Positions 49,001-60,000 of a stretch of DNA of 60,000 nt are shown one piece after another. The notes under the pieces are model-generated. The model was given only the letters and a program-made list of their open reading frames with translations, was not told where the DNA came from and did no database searches. The stretch comes from Malacoraja senta (Eukaryota), in the NCBI GenBank assembly GCA_038087875.1, contig CM075989.1, forward strand, positions 9,488,001 through 9,548,000, in the 5' to 3' direction. Made by a program: the position numbers and the translations under genes. Numbering within the stretch: the stretch's first letter is position 1; each line of letters begins with the position of its first letter.

Positions 49001-50291
49001 TGGAGACTGGGAGAGATTTGTCAGTGTCCATAAGTCTATGAGCACAACAAGAGTTCGGGGCCACAGAAGAGGAAGTGGAACAGTCGAAGGATAGTGGGGG
49101 TGAAGGTGAAGAATTAAGCGCAGACTCTTCAAACATATAATGGAAATTGCAGGCAGTGATATTTAACCACACTTAAGCATTAACCGAGTGACTAATTGCA
49201 TCCTACAATTAAAGCTCCCGTAAACCACATGCAGCAGTACCTTGAGAGTGAGGTTGCTTTCAATATTTACAGTTAAATTGTTTTCATGGGATGATTATCA
49301 ACATGCAGAGAAAGTTTGTGTTAATTGCAGTTGATATTTTCATAATGTAGTTCTCAGCAAACCCTAAGCTTTCACCTATTAGCTAAAGGTTGTAAATTTT
49401 TAATGGCAATAGATGCTGGCCCGCAGTATTCATCTATCGTTGCTGTTCATTAATAGCAAGTGTCACAGGCAAAAGAGACTAAAATGCTTGGAAGTGATTT
49501 TCCAATTAGTCCTTAATTATTAATAATCTTACATCACTGAAACTTACATTTCTAGCAATTTGGCAAAGGGAGTGCTGTTAATTTAAGATACATCCCACAA
49601 GATATCCCTGTAAGTAGATGGACAGTCAAAGTGCTTCTGTTAAATGTGAAAAGCTTTTATTTCTAATGGTCATTGCTTTACTATTTGGCCAGTTTATTTC
49701 CCCTGCTTTGATCTCTTCCCCCCCCCTCCCTCTTTGCTGGAGTTTTTCAATGTCACTTAACCTTCAGAGTACAATTTCTAAGTGGCCCGTCTTCAGCCAT
49801 GGAGAAGGACCAGTTTGTATAGGCAGGCTATTCCACAGCAGAGGCTTCACCATCCACTTCTTGGACAGAGAACATCTTCACATTCTTTAAATCGGGAAGA
49901 AGGCAAGAGAATGGGGTTGAGAGGGAAAAATAGATCACCTGGGATCAAATGGAGGAGCAGACTTGATGGGCCGAAAAGCCCAATTCTGCTCCTGTCTTAT
50001 GATAATAAGCACAGTGGAAAAAGATATTCATATGCAATAGTTAATTTGAAATGTATTGTAACATTGAATCTATATAGATGATTTTCACCTCATTGCAAAC
50101 CTTGCACATGATTTAGAAATTGGTACATGAGTCTGAAGAACGGTCTCAACCCGAAACGGCGCCTTCCCATTCTTCCGCAGATGCTGCCAGACCCATTGAG
50201 TTCCTCCAGCACTTTGTGTTATGCTCGTTTCCAGCCATCTGCAGTTCCATGTGTCTCTATCATCACCTTGGCTAAGGTATGGTATATAGAG

Positions 50292-51103
50292 ATAGATACA
50301 AAATGCTGGAGTAACTCAGCGGGACAGGCAGCATCTCTGGAGAGAAGGAATGGGTGATGTTTCGGGTTGAGATTCTTCTGCAGACTGAGAGTCAGGGGAG
50401 AGTGAGACCAGAGATATGGAAGGGTATGGTCTGAAAATGACAGATCAAAGCAGACGATGATCAAGGAAATGTAGAATGGTTCATTTTTTGGTTGAGGGGA
50501 AGGTGACAATGAGGCATACAATCAGTAAAATTAATCAGGAGGACAGTGAAACTGGCTGGAGAACTAGGGTGGAGAAGGGATAGAGAGAGAGAGGGAAAGC
50601 AAGGGTTACTTGAAGTTAGATAAATCAATATTCATACTGCTGGGTTGTAAGCTGCAGGAGGCCGAAGACAGAGAGGTCAGTGTGGGAATGGGAGGAGAAA
50701 GGTTTAGCAATCTGGAGATCACGTAGGCCGAAGTGGATTGCGCGGAGGTGTTCAGCAAAATGATTGCCGACCCTGCGCTTGGTCTCGCCGATATATTGGA
50801 GTTGACGCCTGGAACAGTGGATACAGTATATTAGGTTGGAGGAGGTACAAGTGAACCTCTGCCACACCTGAAAGGACTGTCGGGGTGCTTGGTCGGAGTC
50901 GGGGGAGGTGGTATAGGAACAGGTGTTGCATCTCCTACAGTAGCAGGGAAAGTACCTGGGGCGGGGATGGTTCGGGTGGGAAGGGATGAGTGAACCTGGG
51001 AGTTGCAGAGGGAATGGTCTCTGCGGAAAGGGGTGGAGATGGGATGATGTGGCTAGTGGTGGGATCCCGTTGGAGGTGGTGAAAATGTCGGAGGATTATG
51101 TGG
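50292..51103 (-). mobile_element. Penelope-like element fragment flanked by oppositely oriented tail copies (50130-50260, 51110-51255)
   Basis: Peptide QRFTCTSSNLIYCIHCSRRQLQYIGETKRR. Tail with a degenerate hammerhead-like motif. Confidence 0.85.
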
Positions 51104-53857
51104 GAATATCTCTAGCCTCCCTCTCTCCTAACTTTCTGTCAGAAGAAGGGTCTCGACCAGAAATGTCTCCCATTCCTTCTCTCCAGAGATGCTGTCTGAC
51201 CCGCAGTTTGTGTCTATCTTCGGTGTAAATCAGCATCTGCAGTTCCTACCTACACCATAGTAAATAGAAGTCAAGCAAGAGATTTCTGTGCTATAGTGGG
51301 AGAGGGGCAACAGCGACATTCTGGACTGGACAACAAAATTGATTTTAAAAAAGCGTATATTTTTATAAAATCCAGGGACCATTGTCCAAGGTCTTTGAAG
51401 CCAATAATTAAATGACTACATTGCAGGAACTTTGATGCTGATATTAATTTGGGAAATAAAAGTAGTGAACATGCTGTCTTTAAAAGTAGCCGGCCTTTAT
51501 TGTCACGTTGCTGCATCATTATACAGCTTTCAGCTCTCACATCATCTCTTGTGACAATAAGTACTGGACCTTAGCTGTCAATGATTTCCAATTGCATTTA
51601 ATGTTATATCATGGGATGCCCACTGCAGGTTAAGTTTCATTTTAGAACAAGCACGAGGTATCTGTGGCCTAAGGCTGGAGTGTGACAGTGAGTATCTTGA
51701 AATGGAAGCGGTCTAATGCTCTCTGGGCATTTCAGTGATGTAAGTAAAACACAGATGACTGCTTTTGAAGGCAGCTGAATATTGCCTAAAGGCTTGCAGA
51801 AGTGTCTGTGAGTGTGTTACAGGGCCCGAAGCTAGAGGTAGAGGGGGAACTAATTGTACACTCTTGGCAGCCCGCACCGTAACTCAGTATTCAGTCTGAA
51901 TAATTGGAATTGGAAATCAAGAGAGTCCACAATCACCATAAATACCATCCACAATAACAGGAGAGGAGGTTGCCTGGGATTTCCACTTAATGGAGCTGTG
52001 GAACTGGTCATGTACCATTCTAGAATGTGCATGATCACCCGAATCTTTTGAAATGGACATGCATCTTGATTCCCAACTGCATTGATCAGAATTGGATTTC
52101 AATTATTCAGTTGCAAATGTTCTTGCTGATCATATACTGTCTATCATTATTAGTTTGGACTGGTTATCCAATCTTCACTGTAGAGTCCCCCAACTGGAGA
52201 ATGATGCGGGATGTTAATGGTCATGTTGGGCTTGCGTATCTGACCTATGATCAGCCTGAACTATAGGAGGCAATGACAAGTCAAATTCAAGGCCCCACTG
52301 GCCCAGGATTTCACGACAAAAATGCTACAGCTATTGATTTAGATCACAGCGTGAATTATTATCAGCCTTGTTTATCATCTGCCTTCCCATTCGCCAAAAT
52401 ACTGGTTGTTGCCATAGGGACAGCATGCATCTATTCTTCACGTGAAGTGGTGGACTGATGATGGACCGTGTCACAGCGAAACCTAATCCACCTCTCCAAA
52501 TGAACTGCAGATGCTGGTTTATACCAAAAATAGACACAAAATGCAGGTCAGGCTGAATCTCTGGAGAAACTGGGTTGGTCATGTTTCGCATCGGGAACCT
52601 TCTTCCCTTCATGGGCCTACACTGATGAGTAGATGATGACCAGTAGAAAGTCTGGCTGATGTCCCCTTCCCCAGATGACCCTTCCCCATCTCACCCTTTC
52701 TCCATTTTGACTGACCCGTTTCCCAATCTGTCTACCTCAGAAAGAAATGGAATAGTGCAACAATGTAAATTGTAATGAATTACATGACTGCTCAACACAT
52801 AACGTTTCCAGAATGACCTTGTTGAAAATGTTAGCGAGTGTTTGAAATGTTTGGCGATTTTCATCTCATTACATAACTAATGGGAAATGAAGGGTTTTGT
52901 TTGAAATGAAGTAAATATGTAAAGATCACAGATTTCAAGTAACTGGCTAAATAACTAGAGGGGACTTTGCAGTGATTTGCTCTGGAGTACTTGAAAGAAA
53001 GATCTGCATGTCTGTGTGAGAGAGGATTTGTTATAAGAATAGACTGGACAAACTTGGATAGTTTTCCCTCGAGCATCTGATGGGAAGACCTGATAGGAAT
53101 TTATAAAAATTACTAGAGATATAGACAATCATATTTAAACATAAAGTGCTGGAGGAACTCAGTGGGTTGGGCACATTTTGTGGGAGGGACAGGACAGGTA
53201 AGATTTCGGGTTCGGACCCTTCTTCAAACTACAGTTCCTTGGATCCGTGAACAGTCTGATTGTTTTACCGAAGATGGAAATGTCAAATACTAGGAGACAT
53301 ATTCTTAATGTGAGAGGGGGAAAAGTTTAAAAGGGATGTGTGGGGCAATTTTTGTACATAGAGTGTGGTAGGAGCCTGGAATGAGTTGCCAGGGGTGGTG
53401 GTGGAGGCAGGGTAGCATTCAAGAGGCTTTTGGAGCAGCACATGGATTTGCAGGATCACGTGCAGGCAGAGGAGATTAGTTTGAATTGGCATCATGTTTA
53501 GCACAGACATTGTGGGCCGAAGGGCCTGTTTCTGTGCTGTACTGATCTATGTTCCAGCAAAGAATACAGAGTACAGCACCATGCCAAGCAGACATGAGGA
53601 AGAATGACACTGCTTCTGGCGAGAAGTGTGGTCCAACCACTGGTGAAATATGCATTTTTTTCCCTTGAGTCGTTCCTCGTGGAGCAATGAATCAGCAGAA
53701 CATGAGAGCATAAAGAACAGAAGCAGGCGGAGGTCACCCAGCCCCACCCTCCTCAACCATCCCCCAAGTACATGCTGTAAGGAAATCACCCCTGTGAGAA
53801 TTAAGGACGCAACAATGCTGATGTTTCAATAGAAGACACAAAGTGCTGGAGTAGCTC

Positions 53858-54175
53858 TGGGTGGCAGCGTGGCACAGCAGTAGAGTTGCTGCCTTACAGC
53901 AAAAATGCAGTGCCGGAGACCCGGGTTCGATCCCGACTACGGGATGTATACGACTACGTATTGCCTGACCCGTTAATTGTGCTGGGGGATAAGTGGAGGT
54001 TAATTGGCCAGGTACAATTTCTAACCATATCTGTATGGAGTTTGTACGTTCTCCCCGTGACCTGCATGGGTTTTCTCCGAGATCTTCGGTTTCCTCCCAC
54101 ATTCCAAAGATGTACAGGTTTATAGGTTAATTGGCTTGATAAATGTAAAAATTGCCCAGTATAAATTGTCCAACT
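53858..54175 (+). mobile_element. tRNA-derived SINE containing a 73-bp local templated insertion
   Basis: A/B boxes at 53870-53935. Foreign segment 53958-54030 is identical to 54767-54839. Confidence 0.8.
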
Positions 54176-56299
54176 TCCAGTATTGTCCCTGGTGGACTCT
54201 TCGGAGGTGATGACCACAAGGTACAAGGTACAAGACCCGGGTTTGATCCTGATTATGGGTGCTGCCTGTTCAGAGTTTGTACGTTCTTCCTGTGTACATT
54301 CCTTGCATGTAATCCATAGGAGGTCATTGCATTTCACATTCGGATCAGCTCTTGCATGTTCTACCACTCACTCACTTACACATGAGGAGCAGTTTACAGT
54401 GCAAGGCAAATTGACATCCTACCTGAAACTGTTTGGGATGTGGGACCAAAATACAGCACCTGGAGGAGACCCATGTGGTCACAGGGGGAGTGTGCAAACT
54501 CCAGGCAGAATTGAACACGAGTTATTGGAGCTATGAGGTGGCAGTATACTAATTGTGCCACCAATTTAAACAAAGTGTTCACCTGAGCGTTGTTGTTTAC
54601 TGCGGATGTTTACTGCAAGTCCAATCCACACCAATTGTACTGGGGCCACAAGGAACTGGAGATGTTGCAATCTTGAAGATAACACAAGGTGCTGGAGGAA
54701 CTCAGCGAGTCAGTCAGCATCTGTGGAGGGAATGATAACAATGTTTCATGTTTATTCCCTCTACAGGTATTGCCTGACCCGTTAATTGTGCTGGGGGATA
54801 AGTGGAGGTTAATTGGCCAGGTACAATTTCTAACCATATTTCAGCTCCTGCCAGGAACGAAACACCTAGGCTTCACTCTCTGCAGTCAATCTGCTTTCAC
54901 AAGGTGGTAGAAGGTGGCTAATATTCATGGCATTTCCAAATACGAAGTGAGAAACGGGGAAACAGGTGCAGCAGACCCTTAGGAATCAGATGTACAGAGG
55001 AGTCCTGCAGGAGGCACTGAGGGAGCGAGGCTTTACCTCTGGGACCACATCAAACATAGCAAGAAGCAGCAGAATGGTTGGAGGCAAGAGAGTACGGTAG
55101 GATGTCAGAAACAAAATTAAACAAGGTCAGGATGACAAAGTACCACATTCACAGACATGTGACGCAAGTCCTTCACACAGCCAGAGGATAAAGTGATAGA
55201 ACTTTCTTTCCCACGGACCCTTTCGAGACAAGTCAAGGCTTCAAAATTAATGAGTGCTTCTTTTTCTGGTGAATTATTTTTATGAGCGCTGAATATCAAT
55301 CCCAGGATGTGGCTGCTACGAAGCATTGCAAAGCACGGAAACGCGCAAAGCCCACCGGTCACTGTGTTTGCATTCCACGAACGTTTGTGAGTCGACTGAT
55401 CGCTCAGTGCCCTACTTAACCAGCTTTAAGTACATCGATGCGAATGATTAAAGATGAAAGTTCGTGCGTTCATAAATAACACTGCTATATTTAAGTAGGT
55501 GATTCAACAAGACTACCTAAAGTGGGACGTGATTGGCTTGACTTTCCAGGGCTGGGAATTAATTTGAAGAGCAAGCTTTTCTGATAACCCAGAAGGGAAT
55601 TACATTGCCCAGTGAGATGTTGACCCACATATATAGATACATACAAAGCTAATAGACACCAAGATATTAATTGATCTTTCATGACCACCCTGCACTCATG
55701 ACATTACCAAGACATGCAGCACAAAACCAGGTCGTTCTGCCCATCCTTTCTGTCCAGATCATCTGGTACCCATCTCTGCTAATTACATTCAACAGTATTT
55801 GGTCAGAGGTCTTCTATTCCTTGGCCATTCAAGGGCCTTGTCCAGATACTTCTCACATGTTGTGAGAATGTCTGTCTCCACCACCCTCTCAAGTTGGGTC
55901 TCCTCCCTTATCATTTTCGAAGAGTGGCAGATGTAAAAAAGAACAGAAAAGAAAATCCCAGGGAAAATTTGGGGAAAAAGGCTCACCTGAGAGTTCCTCT
56001 TCTCTGCTTCGGCCCAAATGAGAACCAGTTCAGTAGATTGCACTGAAAGACACCTCACGATGCCTCAGTCAAGAACCATTTTCAATTTTAGTTAAATGAT
56101 AGAAAATCTCAGGTTCAGCTTTTAGTGTGTGCTGAAGTGTGTGCGTTAACATCTCAGATGGCCCGGCACAATGATGTAATCCTATAGAAGGTACATCAGT
56201 ACCTCACTGCATACTCTAACAAACAATGTTAGATGTGCAGTTGTGCTCTATGCAGTATCTATGCAGAAAGTAGAAAGTATCCTGACTGGCTGCATCTTG

Positions 56300-56910
56300 A
56301 ACAAGGCACACTACTGCCTTTACTTTTTTTTTAAGGTTTAAAAAGATTAATCATGTCAGCGAATACTCTAACAAACATCTACAGATGTGCTGCGGGGAGT
56401 ATCCTGAGTGCATTGTTCAGCAATTCCAACACACAGGAACACGAGATGCTGCAGACTGTGATGGACTCAGCCCTCCCCACAAGCAAAACTATCTCGGTGA
56501 GGCGCTACCTCAAGAAAGCAGTATCCATCATCAAGGATCTTTACCATCTGGCCCATGTCAGCTTCTTGTCGCTACTGTTGGGCAGGAGGTATAAAAGCCT
56601 GAAATAACACACGACCAGATTCATGAACAGCTGCAATTTCTTGAACCCCTACCTGCTCAACCTTGACAATGGAACACTATCAACCACCACTTGTACTCCT
56701 ATGGACTTGTTTAAAATCTAATTGTGTTTTGCAGAAATGTCTTGTTATTTTTGCACAACCTTATTTCATTTTACTGATTTACAGAATTTGTGTGCAATTT
56801 ATGTATAATTTATGTGTTTATGTTTTGACTGAGCCCATGTGCCTGAGATGCTGCTGCAAGCAGGATTTTCATTGTACCTGAACCTTACCATACTTGGACA
56901 ATAAACTTGA
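56300..56910 (+). mobile_element. Rex/Babar-type LINE 3' fragment
   Basis: Peptide TLTNIYRCAAGSILS..KKAVSIIKDLYHLAH..GRRYKSLK. The 3' UTR resembles 1-205. Confidence 0.7.
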
Positions 56911-56976
56911 CGAATTAATGTATCTCAACTGTTGAAGTTCTCAGTTACCTTCAATGTTACAGAAGGATCAGTTGAG

Positions 56977-58093
56977 TAGGTAATAGACTACTGACCCACA
57001 TCTACTACAAACCCACTGACTCCCATGGCTATCTGGACTACACTTCTTCCCACCCTGCTTCCTGTAAGGACTCTATCCCCTACTCCCAATTCCTCCATCT
57101 ACGCCGCACCTGCACCCAGGATGAGGTGTTCCAAACCAGGGCATTGGAGATGTCCTCATTCTTTAGGAAACGGGGGCTTACCTCTTCAACTCTAGATGAG
57201 GCTCTCACCAGGGTCTCCTCTATATCCCGTAGCTCCACTCTCACTCCCCATCCCCCCACTCGTAACAAGGACAGAGTCCCCCTTGTCCTCACCTTCCACC
57301 CTACCAGCCGTCGCATACAACATACTATCCTCCGACAATTTTGCCACCTCCAGCGGGATCCCACCACTGGCCACATCTTCACATCTCCTCCCCTTTCTGC
57401 TTTCCGCAGAGATCGCTCCCTCCGTAACTCCCTGGTTAATTCGTCCCTTGCCACCCAAACCACCCCCTCCCCTGGTACTTTCCCTTGCAACCGCAGGAAA
57501 TGCTACACTTTTCGCTTTACCTCTCCCCTTGACTCCATCCAAGGACCCAAGCAGTCTTTCCAGGTGAGGCAGAGGTTCACCTGCACCTCCTCCAACCTCA
57601 TCTATTGCATCCGCTGTTCCAGGTGTCAACTGCTCTACATCGGTGAGACCAAGCGTAGGCTTTCCGATCGCTTCACCCAACATCTCCGCTCAGTTCGCAA
57701 TAACCAAACTGATCTCCCGGTGGCTCAGCACTTCAACTCCCCTTCCCGTTCCGAATCCGACCTTTCTGTTCTGGGCCTCCTCCATGGCCAGAGTGAGTCC
57801 CACTGCAAATTGGAGGAGCAGCGCTTCATATTTCGCTTGGGTAGTTTACATCGATAGTTTACATTGGATATGAACATTGACTTCTCCAATTTCAGGTAGT
57901 CCTTGCTTTCTCCCTCCTTCCCCCCCCCTTCCCAGCTCTCCCACAGCCCACTGTCTCCGCCTCTTCCTTTCTTCCCCCCCCCCCCCCGACATCAGTCTGA
58001 AGAAGGGTCTCGACCCAAAACGTCACCTATTCCTTCGCTCCATAGATGCTGCCTCACCCGCTGAGTTTCTCCAGCATTTTTGTCTACCTTCGA
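56977..58093 (+). mobile_element. Penelope-like element, 5'-truncated (RT C-terminus, linker, GIY-YIG and tail)
   Basis: IYYKPTDSHGYLDYTSSHPASCKDSIPYSQF, then a 243-aa ORF with FPCNRRKC..NLIYCIRCSRCQLLYIGETKRR. Tail CTGAAGAAGGGTCTCGACCCAAAACGTC. Confidence 0.92.
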
Positions 58094-58582
58094 AGGATCA
58101 TTTGAGATCACTACTCAATTCAAAACCAGTGCATATCACCACATAATTCAAATTTGTCAAGGAGAACATTTGATTTTGATAAGTTATTAAACTGCCTCAG
58201 GTGTGCTACATCTAAAGAGCTTTCAGCACCTGGAGTGGGGCAGGGAAAAAATAAAGTCTACCTGGATTGGATGGGACCATTTAAATCAGCAGATGCGACG
58301 GGCAGCCGATGATAACAGAAGATGTACAGCAAACATTATTTTTGACTTTGCACTACCATTGTCTATATATATATAATGGTGTGTGCATGTATGTATGTAT
58401 ATATACACACACAAACTTTTGTTGTTGTTTATTATGGGTTTTACAAAGTAATATGTTTACATATCTGTTGTGCTGCTGCAAGTAAGAATTTCATTGTTCC
58501 GTTTTGGGATATATGACAATAAAACACTTGACACTTGAGATAGAAACATGATCCTTCACACGACAACTTCATAAAAATAAGC

Positions 58583-58722
58583 TTCTTCTTCTTGCGTAGG
58601 GCGTGCACAGCCTAAAGTTGTTGGACAACTTGTTCTATATGATCTTATTTAATTGTGCACGCCGGGTTGATTGCATTCGTCGAAACAGGGCGGATCACGT
58701 GATGGTTGCAATCTCCCACCCC
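58583..58722 (-). mobile_element. Short non-autonomous retroposon with a 5' HDV-like ribozyme fold, (AAG)n tail and 12-bp TSD
   Basis: TSD ataaaaataagc / ataaaaagaagc. 5' end GGGGTGGGAGATTGCAACC..., 3' end ...TACGCAAGAAGAAGAAG. A homologous copy lies at 18837-18951. Confidence 0.8.
58669..58722 (-). ncRNA. Predicted minimal HDV/CPEB3-like ribozyme
   Basis: P1 GGGGUGG/CCGCCCU with G1-U wobble, P2 GAUUGCA/UGCAAUC, P3 ACC/GAU (one mismatch), L3 AUCACGU, GU after P1, J4/2 CGAA. Confidence 0.7.
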
Positions 58723-59270
58723 ATAAAAAGAAGCAACCATGTTCTTTAAAACTGGAAAACTGGAAGGAACATTCTATTGAGTTGTAGCCTCATTCCCCAC
58801 CATTTATATTCGGGTAATTGATTCTGTGTGTGGCCAGCTATCATTGATTTGTGTGCACTTCGTGCGACCAGCTTTGACTGGATGTTATACCTTTGCACAG
58901 TGTATTGAAGCTGGAAGTTGGATGGTACCTTCAGAACTAATCTCTCCACAATTCTACTCTCACGCATGCTATCCCAGGACCTGGGACAGCTTTGTAGCTC
59001 TATAGTTAATCAAACATTGCCTTCTTTTAATACAGCTACAAGTTTAATGACTTCTTACAAAAAATGTGCAGCAATGAGCCATTTTCACCAGATAATATAA
59101 ATATAGAATGTACATCTTTTTAATTAAAGGTTATTAATAGCAAACTATTTTGGTCACCTTTGTGGTTTGCCTTTAAGGGGTGGAAATGGGTTAGTGTAGG
59201 ATTTGTGATAATCGGTGCATGATGGACTCGATGGGTTGAAGCGCCTGTTACTATGTGGTGTGACTCTATA

Positions 59271-60000
59271 CAGTGCATTCAGAAAGTATTCAGTCCCCTT
59301 CACTTTTTCCACATTTTATTGCGTTACAGCCTCATTCTAAAATGGATTAAATTCATTTTTTTAAAATCATCAATCTACTCACAATACCCCAGAATAAAAA
59401 AGCGAAAACAGGTGTCTAGAAATTTTTGAAAAGTAATTAAAAATAAGTAACTGAAATATCACATTTACATAAGTATTCAGACCCTTTATTCAATACTTTG
59501 TTGATTACAGCCTCGTCTTCTTGGGAATGACACTACAAGCTTGGCACATCTGTATTTGGGTAATTTCTCCCATTCTTCTCTGCAGATCCTCTCAAGCTCT
59601 GTCAAGTTGGATGAGGAGCATCGATGCACAGCTATTTTCAGATCCCTCCAGTGATGTTCGATCGGGTTCAAGATCGGGCTCTGGCTGGGCCACTCAAGGA
59701 CATTCACAGACTTGTCACGAAGCCACTCCTGCGTTGTCTTGGCTGTGTGCTTAGGGACGTTGTCCTGTTGGAATGTGAACCTCCGCCCCAGTCTGAGGTC
59801 CAGAACGCTCTGGAACAGATCTCTCTGTACTTTACTGCGTTCATCTTTCCCTCCATCCTGACTAGTCTCCCAGTTCCTGCCGCTGAAAACATCCCCACAG
59901 CATGATGCTGCCACCACCATGCTTCACCTTAGGTATGGCATTGGCCAGGTGATGGTTTCCTCCAGACATGACTCTTGGCATTCAGGCCAAAGAGTTAAAT
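59271..60000 (-). mobile_element. Tc1-family DNA transposon (one IR/DR terminus and a degenerate transposase C-terminus), runs off the window
   Basis: TA followed by the CAGTG terminus at 59271. Direct repeats aagtattcag at ~59285 and ~59471. Peptide FTFQQDNVPKHTAKTTQEWL..LEWPSQSPILNPIEHHW. Confidence 0.93.

Noticed and set aside
47400..60000. Exons of the usual neighbour MAP2K5
   Set aside because: No kinase-like peptide or convincing exon was recognised in this interval.

Overview
Eukaryotic genomic DNA, most likely from a cartilaginous fish of skate/ray type (inferred from the repeat content). One protein-coding gene is present: SKOR1 (SKI family transcriptional corepressor 1 / LBXCOR1) on the minus strand, with 8 coding exons between 38322 and 29891. 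As assembled, its large first coding exon is 3n+1 nt long, with a frame break near 36780-36790. The probable promoter overlaps a 200-N gap (39304-39503). About 35.0-47.4 kb is CpG-rich, almost free of transposons and contains CNE-like blocks. The flanks are dense in Penelope-like elements (GIY-YIG), CR1, Rex/Babar, Tx1/L1, Vingi and RTE-like fragments, tRNA-derived SINEs, PIF/Harbinger-type MITEs and a Tc1 fragment. The most notable observations concern predicted ribozymes in mobile elements. (1) A ~140-nt TSD-flanked retroposon (58583-58722, second copy 18837-18951) begins exactly with a minimal CPEB3/HDV-like ribozyme fold. (2) An RTE-like 5' UTR shows related HDV-like elements with a large insert. 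(3) More than 15 minimal hammerhead-like motifs occur in Penelope-derived tails, including a back-to-back pair inside a MITE and an intact-core copy in the sense strand of a SKOR1 intron. All calls were made by eye, with no database searches.
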